A program made the translations under genes and the position numbers. The notes beneath the pieces are model-generated. The model saw nothing but the letters and a program-made list of their open reading frames with translations, did no database searches and was not told the DNA's origin. This document shows, in pieces, positions 28,376 to 38,159 of a DNA stretch of 64,000 nt (position 1 is its first letter; each line of letters opens with the position of its first letter). This DNA comes from Acidobacteriota bacterium (GTDB lineage Bacteria > Acidobacteriota > Terriglobia > Bryobacterales > Bryobacteraceae): the NCBI GenBank assembly GCA_043718395.1, contig JAYSVS010000211.1, positions 1,166-65,165 of the forward strand, read 5' to 3'.

Positions 28376-30340
28376 CTATCGTTTGCCCGGTTGGAGAGAA
28401 CGGTACCGGTATCCGAATCCCCGGACGGTGGATACCATCCAGGCGCGCACGCCCAGCTTTTTCCGCACCGAGCGAATTACGACATCGATTACGTTGCTTC
28501 CGGCATTGATCCGCCGTGCCCACACGTGCTCGAGTAACTCGGCGCGCGATACTGCCTTGCCTTCTCTATCTTTCAAATATGTGAGTACGCCGAACTCAAG
28601 AGATGTCAGCTCCACTCGTCCTTCATCATTCACCAGTTCACGGGCCGCATAGTCTAGAATCTCCTCGCACCTGATACCCAATTCCTCGGCCACCAGTTTG
28701 CTCAGCCAACCGTCAAACGAGCCATGACCGAATTCGAGCATCAGAAGATGGGACGGAATACCGTCGATAGAAGCCGACCCACGATCTACAATTTGAAAGC
28801 CGACGCTTTTTGCCATCGGGGCGAACGTGTCGATGTCGAACATTGCGCCGTAGCAGCGCCGTATGCTTGGCCGCAGAGCCAAATGAGACCGCTTCAGATC
28901 CAGCCAGCAGGCTGCTTGTACGTCGGATGGCGATTCACCTTTTTGTTTACTTAACCATCGGCGCAGGAAGAGCGCAGTCTCGTCATCGGCCAGGGGATGC
29001 TCTTGTAAATGCCGTTGTAATTGACTCACGGCCGGGTCGGCGTCAGGGATTCGGTCGCGCAAGCTTCGCAAATCTGTTGCAATATAGAAGCCAACTAACT
29101 CGCCGGCTTCGTCACGCATCGCGTAAAAGCTATCGGGTACCTTCTGCCACCATTGGGCAATGGCCCTCGCCCCTTGCGGCTGCTCGTGCGCTTGCACTAT
29201 CGCAAGAATCGCGTCTTGGTCCACGGCTCCCGCTCGCTCCACCGACAGGCTTTGCGCACCGGTGGGGAAAAACGCCTCCCGCACTGCCGGGTTCTCTACC
29301 AGATACAGCAGGTCGGCCGTGTAGCGCCAACTTTCGCGCAAGCCAGCCCCACCCGACTCAATCTTCACCTGTCGCCACATAGCCTTTCGGTAGTTAGTGA
29401 AGCGATGAGGATCGGAACTGCGCAACCACGACGAAACGGCATCCTGAACTTGTCCATGCATCATCAGACCCTCGCTCGTTAGATCGATGATCGATAGTGC
29501 CGCCAGATCGTCGAACAACTCACGGGTATATATCTGCGGCACCATGGCGGCAAGCTGAGATTGTGTTACGCGACGCACCACCGACGCCGCTTCGACCGCC
29601 GTTTGGAGCGATGCGTTCTTCACCTCGGCCAGGTACAGTCTTGTAAGTTCCCGTACCAGCTTGCGCGAATCCGCGCCGTCCTTCTTCCAGTCCATCTCGC
29701 CTCTGGCTACGCTCGCCAACACGAGCGCCATCGGATGACCGCGCATCATACGGTAGATCGAGTTTGCTTCACTTTCTGCAATTCCCGCACGCTTCAACAA
29801 CTCCACCGATTCGCATTCCGCCAGCGGGGAAAGTGAAATCTCGCGGATGAGCCCCTGCCATCCGGGAGCGGTGTGCCAGTTGGATGCCGGTCCATACCGG
29901 CAGCAGATCAAGACGCGGACATTCTCCTTCAATGCTGGAACGAATACCTGCCTCATCCAGCCGTCGAGTAAACGCAAGACTTCGTAACTGTCCAGAGCCA
30001 AAATTGCAGGGGTGGGAAACGACAAAGCTTGTGCCGCCGCCTCCACGCTCTCCACAGGAATCCGCAGGACGCTTTGCAGGGCGAAGAGAAAGCCCTCTGG
30101 AGATGGCTCGATGAGGTGGCAGTCGAGCCGGATAACAGCGTCGCCTTGGGACGCCGCTCTCCTCGCTGAAAATTCCTGCAGCAGTGCTGTTTTGCCTATG
30201 CCAGCCAAGCCGTGAATCCATAAAACTGCAGGGGCTGCGCCATTTGCAAAATCACCCAACTGCTGAAGTTCCCGCTCTCGACCAACAAAACCAGCCGCTG
30301 CTCTACCCGCCAGGACTTCTCCGATCCGTGTTGCACTCAT
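28376..30340 (-). CDS. Large transcriptional regulator: N-terminal P-loop (STAND/AAA-like) NTPase, central helical and GNAT-like region, C-terminal OmpR/PhoB-type winged helix
   Basis: Walker A is HGLAGIGKTALL and Walker B-like is AILALDSYE. The C-terminus LTSLEFGVLTYLKDREGKAVSRAELLEHVW...VIDVVIRSVRKKL...STVRGFGYRY is trans_reg_C type. The ATG at 30340 (MSATRIGEVL...) was verified. The longer GTG-initiated ORF-track N-terminus has no protein-like features. Confidence 0.7.
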   Translation of the reverse strand: MSATRIGEVLAGRAAAGFVGRERELQQLGDFANGAAPAVLWIHGLAGIGKTALLQEFSARRAASQGDAVIRLDCHLIEPSPEGFLFALQSVLRIPVESVEAAAQALSFPTPAILALDSYEVLRLLDGWMRQVFVPALKENVRVLICCRYGPASNWHTAPGWQGLIREISLSPLAECESVELLKRAGIAESEANSIYRMMRGHPMALVLASVARGEMDWKKDGADSRKLVRELTRLYLAEVKNASLQTAVEAASVVRRVTQSQLAAMVPQIYTRELFDDLAALSIIDLTSEGLMMHGQVQDAVSSWLRSSDPHRFTNYRKAMWRQVKIESGGAGLRESWRYTADLLYLVENPAVREAFFPTGAQSLSVERAGAVDQDAILAIVQAHEQPQGARAIAQWWQKVPDSFYAMRDEAGELVGFYIATDLRSLRDRIPDADPAVSQLQRHLQEHPLADDETALFLRRWLSKQKGESPSDVQAACWLDLKRSHLALRPSIRRCYGAMFDIDTFAPMAKSVGFQIVDRGSASIDGIPSHLLMLEFGHGSFDGWLSKLVAEELGIRCEEILDYAARELVNDEGRVELTSLEFGVLTYLKDREGKAVSRAELLEHVWARRINAGSNVIDVVIRSVRKKLGVRAWMVSTVRGFGYRYRSLQPGKR

Positions 30341-30598
30341 CCTGCCCTCCAAATTAACAATTGGAAGTATACTCCACCCTTTGGCGGCTGACTGATCGTT
30401 GGTCTCCTGGGCAATCCTTAAACTCATGAAACCTGAGCATAAGCTTTTGCGGGAACTCAGAATTAGAATTACATGAGAACTTGATGAGTTATCGACGTTT
30501 TGTTTTCTGGGAAGGTCGTCAGCTCTGACTCTTATAATGCGGGCTGCCGATCGATCAGGAATGTATTCGAATGCAGGGCAGCAAGAGCTTGATCCATA

Positions 30599-30620
30599 CT
30601 TAGGTGACACTTAGGTGACA
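30599..30620. repeat. Perfect tandem duplication of an 11-bp unit (CTTAGGTGACA x2); candidate direct-repeat operator
   Basis: Read directly from the sequence: CTTAGGTGACA at 30599-30609 and again at 30610-30620. An inverted GTCAC lies at 30630-30634. The repeat sits about 260 nt upstream of the wHTH regulator start (30340, - strand). Confidence 0.6.
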
Positions 30621-31248
30621 GCCTGGCCCGTCACTGTACGTTTTATTGGCCTTTTCAGTGTTTTCCGCTAACGTTTCCGCAAGCCAGTCATCACGGCCAT
30701 TTTTCCGTCATCGCTGTCTTTGGGCTACTAACTGTCTAAAAACAAGCTTTTTACTCTGACTTGCCACGCCAGCTACACTCTCATTTCCCCTGCTCCCTAA
30801 CGCCCAAATGTCCCGAAAAACGCAATGGGGCGGGTCAACTTCAAGCCAACACTTGCACCTTCGGAACAAGTCAAAACGCTCCCAGTACGCGGTGTTGCCG
30901 ATTGTGTTTCCCAACTCACTTTCATGTGTTCCAATGCGTTTTTCCGTTCTCCAGCCCACTCGCCGCCTTGCCCAGACACTCATACGAATATCGAAATTCT
31001 GCGATGCGCGGCTAAGCCAATATGCAAGGTCTTGAATCGAAATCTCCATTCTTCGATTTTGACCAAAGCCCTCCTACTTCAGTGGCTCAAAATTGATTCA
31101 GGCCCGGCCAAAAATTATTTCGCCCCTCTTTTCAATCACATCCCTCCCGCAGCCTTCCAACTTCCCTCAGCCAGAATGCGAAAACAATGAGTGGTCAGCC
31201 CTCTCGCTGAGCCGACTCAATACGCTACGGTTCGAAGGATAAATCCTC

Positions 31249-31620
31249 ATGGCAACCGAAAAGCAAGTCGCGGCAAATCGCCGCAACTCCCAAAAAGGCA
31301 CTGGCCCCAAAACACGCGAAGGCAAATTCAAATCCAGCCTCAACGCCCTGCGCCACGGCGTCTACAGCGAAACACACATCATCAAAACCGAAGATGCCGC
31401 CATCTTCAGCAATCTCGCTCAGGAAATTCTCGATGAGCTCCAGCCCCAAACTCCAACTGAACTCGAACTGGTCGACCAACTCATCCAAACCGTATGGCGC
31501 CGCCGCCGAATCACCGCCTTAATCCACATGCGCCTCAATCAGGCCATAGACGAAGTCGTCACTGAGCAAGTCGCCAGCGAGCCAGTCAACAATGAGCAAA
31601 CTCAGGCCCAACCTGAATAA
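31249..31620 (+). CDS. Hypothetical protein of a recurrent family with a conserved N-terminus; possibly a nonsense-truncated pseudogene
   Basis: MATEKQVAANRRNSQKGTGPKTREGKFKSSLNALRHGVYS resembles a widespread uncharacterised family (AANRxNAQxSTGPxTxxGK...NAxxHG). Protein-like text continues in the same frame past the TAA at 31618 and a second TAA at 31699, up to the TGA at 31816. Confidence 0.45.
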   Translation: MATEKQVAANRRNSQKGTGPKTREGKFKSSLNALRHGVYSETHIIKTEDAAIFSNLAQEILDELQPQTPTELELVDQLIQTVWRRRRITALIHMRLNQAIDEVVTEQVASEPVNNEQTQAQPE

Positions 31621-32005
31621 ACCAGACCCACTTCCAGTCAAATTACGATTCTCGCCATTGAAAAGCTCGAAAATCTAAAACCTTCTTTTGCTCGCCAGTA
31701 AGCTCTTGAACTTCGACTCATGGCTCTTTTTCAACGAACCCTCAGCCGCCTCGAACAAGTACGAAAAATCGCGAACAAAGCCAAATTGGACATGAATCCT
31801 TTATTGCAAGCAGCCTGAATTGACTGTATTAGCATTGCAGCGCCAACGAATCTTTAGCTTTACATCTGCTTCAGAGCTTCTACAGCGGCACCGCTAGAGC
31901 CGGCGTTGTCGCCGCTGGGCATTCCGGCCCGAGTTTGAAACTGAGTGTGCCGGGCCTCCCGCGATCCGTTATCTTAGTATTAAGATTTCAATCGCTGAAT
32001 CCTAT

Positions 32006-35000
32006 ATGCCTTTAAAGAAAACCTCGTTTGGACTACATCCTTTTGGAGCTGTCGCGCTGATTGGCACGATGGGAATTGCCTGGACTGCTCGCCTGTTGTT
32101 TGCCCAAGCTCCGGCTGGTGTACCTGCTCCGATGGAGCCGGCATTTCAAAAGGTGATCAAACCGTTTCTCGATCAGCATTGCGCCAAATGCCACAACGCC
32201 GACAACATGACGGCTGGCGTGAGAGTGGATCATCTGGATACTTCGCTCGACGACAAACACATCCGCTTCTGGGAGGGCATCCGGCACCGTGTGAAGGCCG
32301 GGACTATGCCTCCGAAGGGTTTGCCGCAGCCCGGTGTGGCTGAGCGTGATCGAGTAGTAGAGTGGATTGACAAGGCGATTGAAGTGGCGAAGTTGCGTCC
32401 GGCTCCAAAGAACGGAATCGTACGCAGACTTACAGTTTCGCAGTACAAGAATACGCTGCGTGAGCTATTGCACCTGGAAGATGACCTGACCGAGGCGCTG
32501 CCTCCAGATGCGATTTCAAGCGACGGCTTTGTAAACAACAAAGAGACTTTGCAGCTTTCTCCTTTGTTGCTGGAGGCTTATTTTGAAATTGCCGAGGATG
32601 CGCTCAACAGGTCGATCATAGACCCAAAGGTAAAGCCGAAGGTGCAGAATTTCCGCGTCGATCTGGGTAAGTCAATCAACCCGAATCCGATTCCTGACAA
32701 GTTGATTCTGGGGGCGAATAGCAAGTTGCTGGAGAACCAGGATTTCACAGTCACACAGTTGACCCCGCTGAAGCCGTTTGCGTTTGATCCTTATTTGATG
32801 AAGTCGAAGTACCGGTTTATCGAAGGCTATGCAGGGAACGACACGGTACGCGGATGGAAAGAGTACGACAGCATTTACCATTCCGTGTTTGCTTGTATGC
32901 GCGGGACGGGCGGCTATCCCAAGGGGCTCGCATACGGGCTGGTGCCGCAGGGGCTGCTTCTGCGGCCAGCGATTCCGAATGAAGAGATTTTTGAAGCCGA
33001 TGGAACTTATGGACCCAAGGCGAATTTCAAGATTTCACTCAGAGAATTGCCTGATCACGGGCGATTTAGAGTGACTGTGATGGCGGCCCGCTATAACGAC
33101 GGATTGATGCTCGATTCTGAGGTAGCAGTTCAAAAGGCCGGCAGCATTTCGGTTGATCCAAAGGGCAATAGTGAAGTCAATATTCCCAAGGCTGGCATTT
33201 ACCAGGTGGACGTGCATCAGGCCGCAAGGCAGGCACCTTCCACTGTGACGGACACTTCGAGGCTAAAGGATGGGCTGATTGGCTCATGGCCTTTCGATGG
33301 TGCGACGGAGGGTGCAAAAGTGGAAGGGAATGCTCGTTTTGTAGTCTCACCATTCGGAAAGGCGGTGTCCCTTGGAGGGGAATATGAATTTGTAACGATC
33401 CCCCCTCAGGAGGGCCTGAATGTTTCCGGGGACGACTTTACGGTGGCCATGTGGTTGCGCCCCGGACAATTGCGAAGGGCTGGCCTGGCGGGCCGGGGTG
33501 GAAATGAGGGCACGCATGGGTGGTATCTGGACATGCCGGATGGCCGGGGTAGCTTACGTCTGGAGACGACTGGGCCGGATGGTAAGCCCAACGGGGGGAT
33601 GATGTCGCCGCCCGGAGTTTTGCGGCCGAATCTTTGGCAGCATGTGACTGCTGTAGTGAAGCGCGGCAAGAATGAAGCCCGGCTTTATGTGAATGGTTAT
33701 GCAGTAGCGAAAGGGCCGGTTGGCTTGGCTCACCTCGATAACTCGAAGCTGGATTTGCAGTTGGGCCGCGTGCCCGGTACAGCTACTTTCAAGGGTGATC
33801 TGGATGAAGTAAGGCTTTATCGAAGGGCTCTGGACGAAGCCGAGATACAGGCTCTGATTGAACCTGGCCGGCAGTTTGTACGGCCGCCTCCAGAGAAGAA
33901 TCAGGACGTGCGTTTGACGCTCGGTGAGAGGGAGTTTGCCGGGACGCTGGCGCAGCAGGCCTTTGTGTTGGTGCGGCTGGACGCAGGGCCTTTGCCTGTT
34001 CGCGCTGAGATCACGGGGATGGCGGGGCTGGAGAAAGTTGTACTAACGCCGATTGAAGAAGGCCAGGAGCTGGCTCGCAAGTTCAAGACCTTTGAGAAGC
34101 GCACTCCAAGGCTAGGCGTGCATCTTGGCTTGCGCCGCGATTGCGGCAGTACTTTTGCGCCGGTTGGCGCACCGCAAGTGGTGGCGGGGACGAAGTTGAG
34201 CCGTTATGTTTTTGAAGGAGCGATCAGCAATTTTCCAAGCCCGAATGTCGAGAAAGACAATGTGAATTACCTGGCCGGGATTCGTGAAATCGCAGTGCGG
34301 AGTGAGTACACCGATGGCCGTGATATGCCCCGGATGCTGATCAAGTCGGTGGAGTTTGAGGGGCCGTTCTATGAACAGTGGCCGCCGCCTTCTCATCGCA
34401 GTATTTTTTTGGATTCCGAAAAAAAGAGTGATCTGCCAACCTATGCGCGCCAGGTGATTCGCGGGTTCGCGACGCGTGCCTATAGGAGGCCAGTAAGTGC
34501 AGTTGAAGAGGCTTCGCTGATGGCGGTGTATCAGAAGTCGTCTGCGGCGGGTGCGAACTTTCAAGAGAGTGTCAAGGATAGCTTGCAGGTGGTGCTCACC
34601 TCGCCGCAATTTCTCTTCCTGGTAGAGAAGAGTAGCACGCCCAAGCCGGAGGCGATTGATGCCCATGAGCTGGCCTCAAAGCTGTCTTACTTCTTATGGA
34701 ATGGGCCGCCTGACCGTACGACCCTGCGTTTGGCCTCGACTGGTATGTTGGCCAGGCAACTCGATGCCGAAGTAGCACGAATGGTCGCGAGCCCGAGGTT
34801 TGCGCGATTCGCACAAGAATTCACGTCGCAATGGCTGAGTCTCGATAAGTTTAATGTGCTCGAACCAGACCGCAAAAAATTCCCGAATCTGACTCGCGAT
34901 ACACGGGTGCAGTTGCGGCAGGAGCCAGTGCAGTTTGTTCAGCACCTGATGCGGAAGAATTTACCGGTGAAGAACCTGATTCAATCGGATTTCATGATGG

Positions 35001-35641
35001 TCAATGAAGTGGTGGCGAGTTACTACGGCATGCCGGAGAAGAGTGAGAGCGGCTTCCAGTTCTTGGCGATCCCCCACGGCCGCAAAGAGCTTGGCGGGGT
35101 GTTGACGCAGGCTTCGATTCTGGCCGGGCTCTCCGATGGCCGCGAATCAAATCCAGTGAAGCGAGGGGCGTGGCTGGCCCGCCGGATTATTGCTGAGCCG
35201 CCGGCAGACCCTCCACCCAATGTGCCAGCACTGCTGGAGAGCGAGAAGGACTTGACCTTGCGTCAGCGTCTTGAAGCGCACCGCAATCAGCCTGGGTGTT
35301 TTCAATGCCATCAGAAAATTGATCCTTGGGGTGTGGCGTTTGAAGAGTTTGATGCGGGCGGACGTCTGAAAAAGCAGCCTGTGGATGCGCATTCAAAGTT
35401 GCCCGATCAGACGGAAGTATCGGGTGCGAATGATCTGAAGCGCTATCTGGGTGAGGATCGGATTGATCAGGTGGCCTTTAGTGTGTTTAAGCACCTTGCG
35501 ACCTATGCGAACGGTCGCAGCTTGACATACAATGAACTCAACGAGCTGAAGCGCGACGGATTGAAATTGAAGGCCAGTGGCTACCCGATGCAGGACATGA
35601 TCCGTTATATCGTCAACAGCAAGATTTTCCTTGAAAAATGA
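32006..35641 (+). CDS. Giant secreted double-CxxCH protein, DUF1592/DUF1595/DUF1588/DUF1587/DUF1585 (PSCyt3/PSD) type, with a LamG-like insert
   Basis: After an N-terminal hydrophobic segment come [10 protein letters not shown] (CxxCH) ... GTMPPKG. The C-terminal region has [14 protein letters not shown] (second CxxCH). An insert of about 200 aa ends in [21 protein letters not shown], which is typical of Laminin-G_3 / concanavalin-like domains. Confidence 0.85.
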   Translation: MPLKKTSFGLHPFGAVALIGTMGIAWTARLLFAQAPAGVPAPMEPAFQKVIKPFLDQHCAKCHNADNMTAGVRVDHLDTSLDDKHIRFWEGIRHRVKAGTMPPKGLPQPGVAERDRVVEWIDKAIEVAKLRPAPKNGIVRRLTVSQYKNTLRELLHLEDDLTEALPPDAISSDGFVNNKETLQLSPLLLEAYFEIAEDALNRSIIDPKVKPKVQNFRVDLGKSINPNPIPDKLILGANSKLLENQDFTVTQLTPLKPFAFDPYLMKSKYRFIEGYAGNDTVRGWKEYDSIYHSVFACMRGTGGYPKGLAYGLVPQGLLLRPAIPNEEIFEADGTYGPKANFKISLRELPDHGRFRVTVMAARYNDGLMLDSEVAVQKAGSISVDPKGNSEVNIPKAGIYQVDVHQAARQAPSTVTDTSRLKDGLIGSWPFDGATEGAKVEGNARFVVSPFGKAVSLGGEYEFVTIPPQEGLNVSGDDFTVAMWLRPGQLRRAGLAGRGGNEGTHGWYLDMPDGRGSLRLETTGPDGKPNGGMMSPPGVLRPNLWQHVTAVVKRGKNEARLYVNGYAVAKGPVGLAHLDNSKLDLQLGRVPGTATFKGDLDEVRLYRRALDEAEIQALIEPGRQFVRPPPEKNQDVRLTLGEREFAGTLAQQAFVLVRLDAGPLPVRAEITGMAGLEKVVLTPIEEGQELARKFKTFEKRTPRLGVHLGLRRDCGSTFAPVGAPQVVAGTKLSRYVFEGAISNFPSPNVEKDNVNYLAGIREIAVRSEYTDGRDMPRMLIKSVEFEGPFYEQWPPPSHRSIFLDSEKKSDLPTYARQVIRGFATRAYRRPVSAVEEASLMAVYQKSSAAGANFQESVKDSLQVVLTSPQFLFLVEKSSTPKPEAIDAHELASKLSYFLWNGPPDRTTLRLASTGMLARQLDAEVARMVASPRFARFAQEFTSQWLSLDKFNVLEPDRKKFPNLTRDTRVQLRQEPVQFVQHLMRKNLPVKNLIQSDFMMVNEVVASYYGMPEKSESGFQFLAIPHGRKELGGVLTQASILAGLSDGRESNPVKRGAWLARRIIAEPPADPPPNVPALLESEKDLTLRQRLEAHRNQPGCFQCHQKIDPWGVAFEEFDAGGRLKKQPVDAHSKLPDQTEVSGANDLKRYLGEDRIDQVAFSVFKHLATYANGRSLTYNELNELKRDGLKLKASGYPMQDMIRYIVNSKIFLEK

Positions 35642-35659
35642 TGAGTTTTGGAGAAACCA

Positions 35660-37000
35660 ATGAGTAGTGCTAGTAACATGGATCGCCGCGCATTTCTGAA
35701 TGGCTTGGGCGGTGTTGCGTTGGCCCTGCCTGTGCTGGATGCGATGGGTGCTGAGGTGACCGGACAGGTACCTCGCCGCTTCTGTGCGATCTATACGGCA
35801 AATGGAATGTCGCTGCCCAAGACTGAACATGGCATCGACGATTGGAGCTGGTTCCCGGCAGCCGGGAAGGATTCAGAATTTGTTTTCGGCAAGTCGACCG
35901 AGCCGTTAAGCCCGTTTAGGAAGAATTTGAGCTTTATGGGCGGGATGCACCATCCCAGCGGGCCAAAGGCCGACCCTCATACGTGCTCTGATATGTGGCT
36001 GACGGGCGCTCCGTTGCATAATCCGAAACCGGGCACATACAATACGGCGGGCCTCGACCAGGTGATCGCACTTCATACCAAGCAGTTTTGCCGGCAGCCT
36101 TCTCTGATTCTCTCAATCGATGCCGGCACCGGGTTCTTGTCTCGCACGGGCACGATTTCTTATAGCCTGGAAGGCAGGCCAATTCCGGCCGAGAATAATC
36201 CGCGCCGGATCTTTGACCGCTTGTTCAAGGGTGACCGTTCTTCGGTGAAGTCAGAACATGAAAAGTTGCAACGGCGGATTAAGCTGGTAGATGCGGTGGC
36301 AAGTAGTGCGAAGTCTCTGGACCAGCAGTTGGGTCAGTCTGACCGTGAGCGGATGGATCAGTATCTGACTTCTCTCAATGAAGTGGAATCACGTTTAATT
36401 GCTTCAGAAAAGTGGATCGACATTCCACTAAAAAAGCAGGATTATTCGCATCTGAACCTCGAGGTGACTAACGAGGGCGAGCCATCTGAGTATTACCAGA
36501 ACATGTTCGATCTGATTGCCTTGGCCTTTGATGCTGACATCACACGGTCTGTCGCGTTTATGTTGAACCGCGAAGACGGTATGGGGATCAGCGATACCTT
36601 CCCAATCAAGCTGGGTTTATCCAAGACCCATCACAATCTGTCGCATGCGACAGATAAGGAAGGGCAATTGGGGTTTGCCAGGTACGACCAGTTTTTGAGC
36701 AAGCAGGTGGCGCACTTTCTGGGACGGCTAACGCAATATCAGGACAGGCAAGGAAGCGTCCTCGACAACACGATTGTGATGTTTGGCAGCGGCGCGAGTA
36801 CAACCCACAATTCGCGCAATCTGCCGACTCTGCTGGCGGGTGGATCCAATATGGGCTTAAAGCATGGATCTTACTGGCGTAAGGGCGAGTCCCGGATGTC
36901 GAATATGTACCTCAGCATTCTGCGCTCATTGGCTATTGATCAGGATTCGTTTGCCGATAGCACAGGTACACTGAGCAGTCCGGTCTTCAGCCGCGCCTAG
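35660..37000 (+). CDS. DUF1552-family protein with a twin-arginine signal
   Basis: [30 protein letters not shown] carries the Tat motif [21 protein letters not shown] and LSHATD-type motifs are shared with the paralogue at 44969-46288. GGAG lies 6 nt upstream of the ATG at 35660. The ORF track uses the TTG at 35648. Confidence 0.85.
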   Translation: MSSASNMDRRAFLNGLGGVALALPVLDAMGAEVTGQVPRRFCAIYTANGMSLPKTEHGIDDWSWFPAAGKDSEFVFGKSTEPLSPFRKNLSFMGGMHHPSGPKADPHTCSDMWLTGAPLHNPKPGTYNTAGLDQVIALHTKQFCRQPSLILSIDAGTGFLSRTGTISYSLEGRPIPAENNPRRIFDRLFKGDRSSVKSEHEKLQRRIKLVDAVASSAKSLDQQLGQSDRERMDQYLTSLNEVESRLIASEKWIDIPLKKQDYSHLNLEVTNEGEPSEYYQNMFDLIALAFDADITRSVAFMLNREDGMGISDTFPIKLGLSKTHHNLSHATDKEGQLGFARYDQFLSKQVAHFLGRLTQYQDRQGSVLDNTIVMFGSGASTTHNSRNLPTLLAGGSNMGLKHGSYWRKGESRMSNMYLSILRSLAIDQDSFADSTGTLSSPVFSRA

Positions 37001-37008
37001 ACCAAAAG

Positions 37009-37036
37009 AAAAAGCCCGGCGCAATGCCGGGCCTTT
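37009..37036. terminator. Intrinsic-terminator-like hairpin between convergent genes
   Basis: A5 run at 37009-37013, stem GCCCGGC / GCCGGGC at 37014-37020 and 37026-37032 with loop GCAAT, then CTTT. The U-tract is best for the minus-strand PEP-CTERM gene. Confidence 0.6.
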
Positions 37037-37060
37037 CCTAGCCGAACTTAAAGTCAGATC

Positions 37061-37834
37061 TTAAGCCTTCTTACGACGCAGGAAGCCAAGGCCAAGGAGG
37101 CCGGCACCGAGCATAGCGTAAGTTCCTGGCTCAGGAACTACAGTGTTGGGAGGAGTGTACATGAGCTGCTGAATCTTGAAACCGTCGTTCTGCGAGCCAT
37201 AACCTGCGGTTTCGATGCGTGTTCCAAAGATCAGCGTGTTGTAGCCAATATTGTTGCCGAGGCTCACGTTGACCACACCATTATTGTTGGTCATAGTCGC
37301 GCTCGAAACATCGACACGGGCATTGAATCCTGCTGCCGCAAGCTGGGCAGTCGAGAGGCCAGCCAGATTGAAGGCACCATTCGTGTTGCCGAGCCAATAG
37401 CTGACATCATAATCACTGGCGAGGTTGCCGAGGAAAACCTGAAGGTTGGTCACACCGATCTGTGAGGCAGAGGTGCTTGAGAACTGAAACATGACAAAAT
37501 CGCTCTCGTAAGCATTGTCAACCTGGTGCTCAGAAGGGTTGCCACTGGTGCTGCACCCACCCGAACTGGCGAACTCAGCTGCGGTGCATACACCCAGCCC
37601 TGCCGTTCCATAGTCGCGCAGGCGAGCCTGAGCAAAAAGACCCGTCCCGGCTGCCCCGGTGTTCCACGCTGTGACCTTAGCCTTAAAAAGGCCGTCAATC
37701 TTTTCCAGGAAATTGCCGACAGGACCATCACCGATGGCTGCCGCGTCAGTGTAGTTAAAGGTCGCACCTTGTAAAGTGAGCCCGGCCAGAATTAAAGACG
37801 ATAATAGAAATTTTTTCATTTGAAACCCTCCCAA
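37061..37834 (-). CDS. PEP-CTERM sorting-domain secreted protein
   Basis: Signal peptide MKKFLLSSLILAGLTLQG. The C-terminus VPEPGTYAMLGAGLLGLGFLRRKKA has the PEP motif, a TM helix and a basic tail, which is the exosortase substrate signature. Confidence 0.8.
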   Translation of the reverse strand: MGGFQMKKFLLSSLILAGLTLQGATFNYTDAAAIGDGPVGNFLEKIDGLFKAKVTAWNTGAAGTGLFAQARLRDYGTAGLGVCTAAEFASSGGCSTSGNPSEHQVDNAYESDFVMFQFSSTSASQIGVTNLQVFLGNLASDYDVSYWLGNTNGAFNLAGLSTAQLAAAGFNARVDVSSATMTNNNGVVNVSLGNNIGYNTLIFGTRIETAGYGSQNDGFKIQQLMYTPPNTVVPEPGTYAMLGAGLLGLGFLRRKKA

Positions 37835-38159
37835 TCATTTATGCTTAGCGATTTCGATCCGCGCTGACGTTGGGACATTCAACTGAGATGCAGAGCTAAG
37901 GAGATACCCTTAAATTGTGCTTCTAAGTGCCCTTAGCATTCAATGGGACTTTGGTACCGTCTAGAGCCCACTTCGTACCGCGTTGCTGGGGCAGTACCGC
38001 CTCGTGAAGTCCTGGATCGATTCCTTTTAAGCCTTTTGTATCTTGAGCATAGACGCTGTTTGTTGAAAACAGGTCTTCGGGGGATAAACGCAGTTCATTC
38101 ATGGTGGCAAATGAATTTTGAATTCCCGTAGCGTCTCCGCTAATCTTGAAGAAGTAAGC

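Noticed and set aside
30341-30610. A 90-codon N-terminal extension (GTG start at 30610) of the P-loop/wHTH regulator ORF.
   Set aside because: The extension is low-complexity (…NSSSSHVILILSSRKS…) and lies in AT-richer promoter-like DNA that contains the 11-bp tandem repeat. The ATG at 30340 sits just before the NTPase domain.
30708-31049. A 113-aa minus-strand ORF and four overlapping ORFs in other frames in the gene-poor stretch.
   Set aside because: Five mutually overlapping ORFs in one 400-bp region indicate stop-poor skewed composition rather than genes. None has a recognisable motif or SD sequence. The region is reported as a finding instead of as a CDS.
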